DNA of 64,000 nucleotides from a virus: positions 1-64,000 of IMG/VR virus record IMGVR_UViG_3300005578_000001. One strand, 5' to 3'. Below the pieces are notes generated by a model, which did no database searches, was not told the DNA's origin, and saw nothing but the letters and a program-made list of their open reading frames with translations. The position numbers and the translations under genes were made by a program. Shown here piece by piece: positions 57,600 to 64,000 of the stretch (its first letter is position 1; each line of letters begins with the position of its first letter).

Positions 57600-59000
57600 A
57601 TGCCCGATCTCCTGAACGACGCCAATTCCCCAGCCTATCGTAATGCGGCGTGGACGCGCCAGCAGCCAGCCTTAACCCTCGTGCGCGATCTCGCTGGGGG
57701 CACACCTGTTATCCGCGCCAAAGGTGAGACCTATCTCCCTAAAGAAGCAGGTGAGAGTCAGACTGCTTATGACGTGCGCCTCGCTCGCTCACTCCTGTTC
57801 AACACCTTCGTCAAGGTACGGGAAGCCCTTATCGGCATGGCGCTCAAGCGCAACCCTGAGTTACAGGATGACGTACCTGCCCAAATCAAATCCGACATCG
57901 AAGACATCGATCTCGAGGGCAACCATCTCGACGTATTCATTAAAGAATCCTTTCGCGACGTAATCAACGATGGGCACGTGATCTGGTTGATTGACATGCA
58001 GCCGCCGCTTGATCGCTCATTGACCTCGCTTTCATCCACGCCGACCGCGGAAGATGATCAAATCGCGGGCCGTCGCCCTTACTGGGTGAAGTATCGGAAA
58101 GACCAGGCCATCAACTGGAAATCAGATCGCATTAACGGTGAGAAGGTACTTACTAAACTCACCCTTGAAGAATGCGCTACTAAGACCGACGGCGAGTATG
58201 GCGAACAGGAAGTGAAGCGTTATCGTGTACTGACGCTGCCAAAGCTCGCGGAGAAGACTGCCACGAGACCAGCTGTGTATGGCCCGATGGTCTGGGAATT
58301 GTTTGAGAAGCGCACAACCAGCGGGCAGGATAGTTACGATCTGATTGATGGCAACGTTACCGATCTCGATCGTATTCCTATCGTGGTCATCTACGCGCGT
58401 AAGAAAGGGTTACTGGAATCCGATCCACCTTTACTTGATCTCGCTTACCTGAATATTGGTCACTGGCAGCAATGGAGTGATTTGAATTGTCAACTCCGCA
58501 TGTTGGTCCCCATCCTGCACATCAAAGGCGAGATTCTAAACGTTCCTGAGGCGCGGGAAGGTTCACCCAAACCACAATTGAAGATCGGGCCGGGCGTGGC
58601 GGTGCAGACTGATAAGGACGGAGCAGTAGCGTATGTCTCTGCCGACGCTGAAGCTACACAAGGCATGAGCGACAATCTGTCCAGTCTTGAACAGCGCATG
58701 TCAGCAGTCGGGTTATCGATTATCGCTCCTAAGCCTACTCAGCCCGCACAAGCGCCAACCGCTACTGAAAAGGTAATGGACCAGAATGAGCGCGAGTCGG
58801 AACTGGCTTCATGGTTACGAGCATTAAAAGACGGTATTGAGGCTGCATTTCAGGTTCATGCTGAGTATCTGGGCTTGCCGGACGGAGGCTCGATCATTCT
58901 CGGATTCGATGAAGTAGATCCTGAAGCAGTGCAGGCGGTTGAGGCTCCGAAAGGTGGGGTTCAACCGCAACAGGTTCCTGCCCCCACGATGGTACAGTGA
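57600..59000 (+). CDS. Portal protein (DUF4055-like)
   Basis: YLPKE..ES...Y..RL.R...N, RPYW..Y, INW, IPIV, PPLLDLAYLNI.HWQ..SD, TATE. Confidence 0.88.
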   Translation: MPDLLNDANSPAYRNAAWTRQQPALTLVRDLAGGTPVIRAKGETYLPKEAGESQTAYDVRLARSLLFNTFVKVREALIGMALKRNPELQDDVPAQIKSDIEDIDLEGNHLDVFIKESFRDVINDGHVIWLIDMQPPLDRSLTSLSSTPTAEDDQIAGRRPYWVKYRKDQAINWKSDRINGEKVLTKLTLEECATKTDGEYGEQEVKRYRVLTLPKLAEKTATRPAVYGPMVWELFEKRTTSGQDSYDLIDGNVTDLDRIPIVVIYARKKGLLESDPPLLDLAYLNIGHWQQWSDLNCQLRMLVPILHIKGEILNVPEAREGSPKPQLKIGPGVAVQTDKDGAVAYVSADAEATQGMSDNLSSLEQRMSAVGLSIIAPKPTQPAQAPTATEKVMDQNERESELASWLRALKDGIEAAFQVHAEYLGLPDGGSIILGFDEVDPEAVQAVEAPKGGVQPQQVPAPTMVQ

Positions 59001-59443
59001 AGAAAGACAAACCTATATCCTTTCGTCTCTACCCTGAGGGCTCGTTTCTTTATTGCCAAGTAAACATCTGGCCTAACAAGAAAGCAATGCACGCTCATAC
59101 CCGGTTGCCTAATCACAACTACGAAGCCTGCTGTGGGGGCCGCGAGGAGTATGTGGTTAGAAAGAAGAAAAGGACGCGCAAGACAGGCTTGTTCGCGGAG
59201 GCAAATTTCAACAGGCACCGGGTAGGCGTGGAAATCATGTCGCACGAGTTAACCCATGCAGCCTTTGCGTTCGCTGAGCGACGTAAGCTTGATTTGAATG
59301 AGGCTATTGACAAGACTTATATTGAGAACGGCGCGTTAGTCGCAATGCAGCGCGATGGCCCTGAGGAACGATTCTGTTATGCGCTGGGCCAGATGTGCCG
59401 CCAGTTCACTATTAAGTGTTACGAGTTGGGTATTTATCCTTGA
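58997..59443 (+). CDS. Putative zincin metallopeptidase-like protein
   Basis: HELTH...EERFCY; GTGA-coupled to portal. Confidence 0.55.
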   Translation: MKKDKPISFRLYPEGSFLYCQVNIWPNKKAMHAHTRLPNHNYEACCGGREEYVVRKKKRTRKTGLFAEANFNRHRVGVEIMSHELTHAAFAFAERRKLDLNEAIDKTYIENGALVAMQRDGPEERFCYALGQMCRQFTIKCYELGIYP

Positions 59444-59949
59444 GTGTTACCGCGTGCTCGGTTGAATTGCCCAGCCGCTTCATCAACTATCCGATCCATC
59501 AATCCCAGCACTTGTTGGGCTATCTGTCCAGCCAACACGTCCCATTCCTCACCTGAGAGTGACTGGAATGCGCTAGAATGTTTAATGTAATCATAGGCGA
59601 GTTTATTCGCGGCTTCGATTAGTTCCTGTTTAGCTTCAAGGTTCACTGGTTAGTTCTTCTAATAGCCGAGGCAATCCGCAGCGCTGTAGCTTTCGCGTCG
59701 CCAAGTGTGCCGTTGCGCCAGTCAATCATGGAGTCCCGCTCAGCGATTAAGGCGGCGCGCTCATCACGGGCTTTAATGAGTAGCTCAATCGCGTCAAGTG
59801 GACTCGCGTAGATGTGCCACTCGTCCAAGAAGAGTTTCGCTATTTCTCTGGGGGATTTTTCTGTAGTTGTGGTTAGCATGGCAGAGTTATTAGTCGAGAG
59901 TCGCTGTTCCTGAGATGCTTAGCCGAGGTGTTGTCTAAACTCCACGAGT

Positions 59950-60276
59950 TTATGGGTTGTGCTGATTATACGGCCACCAGCGGATAACACTTGCGTAACC
60001 CTCATTGGTCCGCGTACTACCGTCACTATTCAGGTATGTCGGCGGCTCATCGGTGCAGAATGGTGAGTAGAGATAGTTGGTTACGTTACCGCGACGCGAA
60101 GTATAGCGGTGCGAAATACGCAACTTAACTTTTCCGTCTGGGTACTCGGCCCAAACAAGCCGAACTAATCGTAGGCGTTCAAGTAGGCGTTTTAGGCGCG
60201 TTATGAAGTCGTTCCCAATTCGCATAAGTTTCTTCTCAACAGATTCCGGCAGTGTGTCATAACGATCGAGTTCCAT
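59950..60276 (-). CDS. Hypothetical protein
   Basis: GGGAG RBS. Confidence 0.5.
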   Translation of the reverse strand: MELDRYDTLPESVEKKLMRIGNDFITRLKRLLERLRLVRLVWAEYPDGKVKLRISHRYTSRRGNVTNYLYSPFCTDEPPTYLNSDGSTRTNEGYASVIRWWPYNQHNP

Positions 60277-60297
60277 TTCTCGCTCCCTTCAAGGTTT

Positions 60298-60456
60298 TTA
60301 GTGTCCATTAGTAGGTCGCCCCACCTTCAACTCCCCGCGCTTCACGTCCCAATAAGGCGAATGACACTTAGCACACGTCTTTGGTCTCTCCGGTGATCTA
60401 GGCCACCATGATTTATTACAGCGGAGACAGTGGAGTTGCTTGAGTGTTGCGGTCAT
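60298..60456 (-). CDS. 52-aa Zn-ribbon protein, similar to 49871-50005 (not in track)
   Basis: MTATLKQLHCLRCNKSWWPRSPERPKTCAKCHSPYWD...VGRP. Confidence 0.75.
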   Translation of the reverse strand: MTATLKQLHCLRCNKSWWPRSPERPKTCAKCHSPYWDVKRGELKVGRPTNGH

Positions 60457-60723
60457 CTATTCGGCCCTGCCCGTGCAATCATAGAGTAGCGCAAGACCAC
60501 CGATGCGCAACGGCTTGGCGGCCTTTTGGTTAGGCCGTGAATTAACCATCATAACCATTGAACAGTCTAAACAGAACGCTTCCGCGAAAGCTTTAACGCG
60601 ATCGCCGTAAGAGGTAGCAAAACCGCTCATCCTGTGACCCTTAGTCACCGCTTGTTTAAGCGCATCTTTTTCTAGTTTGCGGCGTTCGTCTGCCGCTGTA
60701 CGTGATTTTTTGGTTGTTACCAT
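60457..60723 (-). CDS. Hypothetical protein
   Basis: AAGGAG RBS; GH...CLDC. Confidence 0.6.
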   Translation of the reverse strand: MVTTKKSRTAADERRKLEKDALKQAVTKGHRMSGFATSYGDRVKAFAEAFCLDCSMVMMVNSRPNQKAAKPLRIGGLALLYDCTGRAE

Positions 60724-61081
60724 CGGCTTCTCCTTTGCTATTAGCCCCTCGCCAATTGATACGCATCTTCAGCCGCTCGCACGAGTCCTGTTAACGCCTT
60801 CACTGAGTAGCCTCTATTCACCGCCAACTCAATCAGTCTTTGATGTCGCGCCATTACTTCGTCCACGTCGAACGCCTGAAACTTGGAAGTGCCGCGTTTC
60901 GACTCCACTTTCGGCATCCGCTTCTGCAATAGCGCCATCAGGCGCGTTCTAACCTTCGGCATCGGTCTTTGCGAAACTTCTGCCCCGCATTGGGTACATT
61001 GACCCATCTCGTGGTCGGCAGCGGTAATTCCACCCTTGCATTGTCGGCATATCTCTTGGCGCTTCGCGTTTATCATCATGG

Positions 61082-61312
61082 TCAGGCGGCCTCCTTGTTA
61101 GTTTCTCTTCGGGGCCATTTCGCGGCAAATTCACTCGTGGTCAACACGGCCAAGTCGTCGCCGGGTTCTCCGTCAAAGCACGCACGGCATAGCGCTAATT
61201 CAGACTCGCCTTTGCCCGTTTCGCGGGTAAGGAACGTGCACGCCCTGCACATGTAGCAGCCTGAGCCCCGTCCGAATCTTGATCTGCGTCTCGCTTTGTT
61301 TGTCTTTGTCAT
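61082..61312 (-). CDS. Small Zn-binding protein, leaderless
   Basis: CRAC...CRAC; TTGACA-17-TATTCT ending 9 nt upstream. Confidence 0.6.
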   Translation of the reverse strand: MTKTNKARRRSRFGRGSGCYMCRACTFLTRETGKGESELALCRACFDGEPGDDLAVLTTSEFAAKWPRRETNKEAA

Positions 61313-61373
61313 GGTGAAGACAGAATACTCTAATTCTATCCACGTGTCAACATAATTCTTCTACTTTCTTCTT

Positions 61374-61604
61374 TTACTGCAACACTTTTTCGTAAGCCTT
61401 AATCAGCTTTTCATTCCATTCACGTCTTCCTCTTTCAAGATCCGAGACGTAGGCGGCGCTGAACTCCATCAACTCCGCTACGCGCTGGAGTGACAAGCCT
61501 GCCGTTTCTCTCTTTTCTCTCATAACCTGCCCACGATAGGTAGCATTTTCTCGCTGCCCGGTCCCGTTACAGCGTTCGCACGGTCTCGTCTTTGTTATAC
61601 GCAT
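61374..61604 (-). CDS. XRE regulator with N-terminal CxxCxGxG motif, leaderless
   Basis: CERCNGTG; MREKRETAGLSLQRVAELM.FSAAYVSDLERGRR; TTGACA-18-TACCAT. Confidence 0.8.
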   Translation of the reverse strand: MRITKTRPCERCNGTGQRENATYRGQVMREKRETAGLSLQRVAELMEFSAAYVSDLERGRREWNEKLIKAYEKVLQ

Positions 61605-61811
61605 TGCCACGCATGGTAAGCATATAAAGCTAACATTGTCAAGGGCTTAGCGATAAAAATTGTTTGCAATTTGACCGAATAAGTGTATTCTTTGTTCGAT
61701 GTTGAATCTGAGTCGCCTCAGATCATCAGTTATCTTTGACGCGAAGGCGCAAAGGTTCGGCTTCTGGCCCATGAGCCAAGCGCAAATCAGGGCCACACTC
61801 AACTATGTTAA

Positions 61812-63023
61812 ATGACTCGCAGGCTGATAATCATCGGAGGCCCGCACGTTGGTAAGACAACTCTTGCCCAGCGGTTCAAAGACGAATTTGGAATCTCCAC
61901 GACTCGCCATAGTGATGACGTTAAACATCTTGGCTGGAGTGAATCGAGCGAATTTGCCTCGAAGTGGTTCAGTGAACCGGGCGAGTGGGTAATTGAAGGT
62001 GTGCAGATGGCGCGGGCCCTCAGGAAATGGCTGAAAGCTAATCCTGAAACGCCCTTAGACGCTGATATTCTGATACTTGAAAAGCCCTTTGGCCCACTGT
62101 TGCAAGGCCAGCAGTCGATGGCTAAAGGCGTACAAACGGTTTTCAGGGAAATACAAGGGGATTTAATAAAACGCGGCGCGCGGATTCACAGGTTAAGCAA
62201 TCCGGACGACGCGATTGGCATTATAAATACTTCTCCCGAGCGTGATGCAGAGGAAAACCAGAAAGGTGTGATACCTCGAATGGGCTACAAGAAAACCTTA
62301 ACCAAGGCCGAATGGGAGGCGCTACCGGAAACGGCGCGCCAGGCGCTTACTGAACAGAAGGTCTATGTTGCGGATGGCGAGAATTGGAAGCTTGACGCCG
62401 ACGATTCCGACGATGTGACAAAACTCTCAGCTGCGATCAAAAAAGAGCGTGAGGCTCGGGCGCAGGCAGAGAAAGACCTGAAAGCGGAGCGCGACAAACT
62501 AAGTGGAGTCGATCTTGAACGATACAACCAACTCATCGCGGAGGCTGACGCCAAAGAAACCGACGAGTTGAAGTCCAAAGGCAAGATTGACGAACTTATT
62601 GAGAAACATAACAAGGAAAAGAAGGCCATCAACGACGGCTGGGAAAAGAAATACAACGACCTGACGGCAGATTTCAACACGCTGCGGGTCGATCACAGGC
62701 TTCGTAAGGCTTTCGAAGATGGCGGCGTGATCGCGGATCGCATCGATGATGCGGTTGAGCTAACCAAGAAAGTTGTAAAGCTCACGGATAAAGGCGATCT
62801 CCAGGTGCTTGATGATGATGGCTCCCCAATGGACGCGAGCCTTGACATCTACGCCAAGGAATTGCTGAAAGAGCGCAAGCCGTGGCTTTACGCGGCGAGT
62901 AACGCTGGCGGAACCGGAGCCCAAAACGGCACACATATCTCGCCTTCGGGTGTAGATCTTTCCAAGCTCTCGGCCACAGAGAAGCTGAAGTATGCTAATC
63001 GAGTGGAGGCCGGAGCTACGTAA
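61812..63023 (+). CDS. P-loop kinase-like domain fused in frame to capsid scaffold protein
   Basis: IIIGGPHVGKTT, WVIEG; from MGYKK (62280) a coiled-coil scaffold with KPWLY..S..GG.G; directly before capsid. Confidence 0.75.
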   Translation: MTRRLIIIGGPHVGKTTLAQRFKDEFGISTTRHSDDVKHLGWSESSEFASKWFSEPGEWVIEGVQMARALRKWLKANPETPLDADILILEKPFGPLLQGQQSMAKGVQTVFREIQGDLIKRGARIHRLSNPDDAIGIINTSPERDAEENQKGVIPRMGYKKTLTKAEWEALPETARQALTEQKVYVADGENWKLDADDSDDVTKLSAAIKKEREARAQAEKDLKAERDKLSGVDLERYNQLIAEADAKETDELKSKGKIDELIEKHNKEKKAINDGWEKKYNDLTADFNTLRVDHRLRKAFEDGGVIADRIDDAVELTKKVVKLTDKGDLQVLDDDGSPMDASLDIYAKELLKERKPWLYAASNAGGTGAQNGTHISPSGVDLSKLSATEKLKYANRVEAGAT

Positions 63024-63037
63024 AGGAGTAACACTAA

Positions 63038-63964
63038 ATGGCACTCACGCTCGTGGAAGCTGCCAAGCTTAATTCGGGAGAAGTTAAGCGCAGCGCGATC
63101 ATTGAGTTATTTGCGCAAGGTTCAGACATCTTACGCACCCTTCCTTTTGACACCATCGCCGGAAACGCCCTCCAGTACAATCGTGAGGAAACCCTGCCCG
63201 GCATCGGTTTTCGTGGAGTCAACGAAGCCTACACAGAATCAACGGGCGTGATCAATCCAGTCACCGAACCGCTGGTTATCGCGGGCGGTGATCTTGACGT
63301 TGACGTATTTATTCTTGACACGATGGGGCAGGATCAACGCGCCGTGCAGGAAGCGATGAAGACCAAAGCCCTTGCCCTGCGCTGGTCACAGGCAATCATC
63401 AAAGGTGACTCGACGGTTGACCCGCGCGTGTTTGATGGCCTACAGGTCAGACTGACAGGCTCGCAGAAGATTCAGGCTGGCACTACGGCCAACGGTACGC
63501 CGCTCTCTCTTGCGAAGCTGGACGAAGCCATCGACGCGGTTGATTCACCTACGCACCTGATTATGAATAAGACCATGCGGCGTTTGCTTACTGCTGCTGC
63601 GCGCGCGACTACCGTGAGCGGGTACATTACTTACGGGCAGGATGAATTCGGGCGCTCGATAACGAAGTACAACGATCTCCCGATCCTGATTATCGAGCAG
63701 GATAATGCGGGCAATGAGATCCTACCATTCACTGAGACTGCCACTTCAGGCACCGCGACTGCAACCTCCATCTACGTCGTCTCTTTCATGGAAGGAAAAC
63801 TACAAGGTATTCAGAATAGCGTGATGAGCGTGCGTGATTTGGGCGAGTTGCAAACGCAGCCCGTCAAACGTACTCGCGTGGAGTGGTATGCTGGTATTGC
63901 CCTCTTCCACCCGCGCGCTGCTGCGCGTCTCTGGTCCATCTCAAACGGCGCCGTGACTGCGTAA
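63038..63964 (+). CDS. Major capsid protein
   Basis: AAGGAG RBS; LTLVEAAK, ILRTLPF, FRGVNE, GGDLDVD, FDGL..R, LDEAID, RTRVEWY.G. Confidence 0.9.
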   Translation: MALTLVEAAKLNSGEVKRSAIIELFAQGSDILRTLPFDTIAGNALQYNREETLPGIGFRGVNEAYTESTGVINPVTEPLVIAGGDLDVDVFILDTMGQDQRAVQEAMKTKALALRWSQAIIKGDSTVDPRVFDGLQVRLTGSQKIQAGTTANGTPLSLAKLDEAIDAVDSPTHLIMNKTMRRLLTAAARATTVSGYITYGQDEFGRSITKYNDLPILIIEQDNAGNEILPFTETATSGTATATSIYVVSFMEGKLQGIQNSVMSVRDLGELQTQPVKRTRVEWYAGIALFHPRAAARLWSISNGAVTA

Positions 63965-64000
63965 GACGCTACAAGGAGAATCGATATGACTTATACCGCT

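Noticed and set aside
57501-57616. 12-bp direct repeat CGATCTCCTGAA (57501, 57605) as a target-site duplication
   Set aside because: It flanks only the promoter and hairpin, not the endonuclease gene; it may be chance or an old scar.

Overview
The whole window is part of one tailed dsDNA phage or prophage, probably a siphovirus. It starts in the tape-measure C-terminus and ends just after the major capsid gene, so the head-tail connector and tail-tube genes lie outside it. No integrase is visible. Layout: (1) 1-9.9 kb, a GTA-type tail tip module (DUF2460 distal tail, DUF2163 hub, NlpC/P60, large tip protein, two receptor-binding proteins). (2) 12.9-21.1 kb, a membrane/secreted/lysis-like block with no recognisable endolysin. 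(3) 21.1-30.0 kb, an accessory island bracketed by a duplicated terminator. (4) 30-52 kb, leftward early genes (thyA, DNA methylase, beta clamp, NinG-like, RNase H, SSB-like, PD-(D/E)XK exonuclease). (5) 53-64 kb, terminase, portal, scaffold and capsid. The paired XRE genes and Pro/Thr-linker secreted proteins suggest an Acidobacteriota (Blastocatellia-like) host; this is inference only. Two systems in the island stand out. First, a stand-alone Cas7/RAMP-like gene (28948-29607, minus) is followed directly by a non-coding array of four units built from 5-nt-periodic NGY-NN repeats, each closed by a covarying CC-WAT-GG mini-hairpin. This is a candidate non-CRISPR RNA-guided system, VIPR-like as far as I recall that class. 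Second, a HigB-HigA-SecB toxin-antitoxin-chaperone operon is followed 1 nt after its last stop codon by a non-canonical 9/3 allo-tRNA-like RNA with a putative UUA anticodon. All family assignments come from motif recognition by eye; no database search was run.
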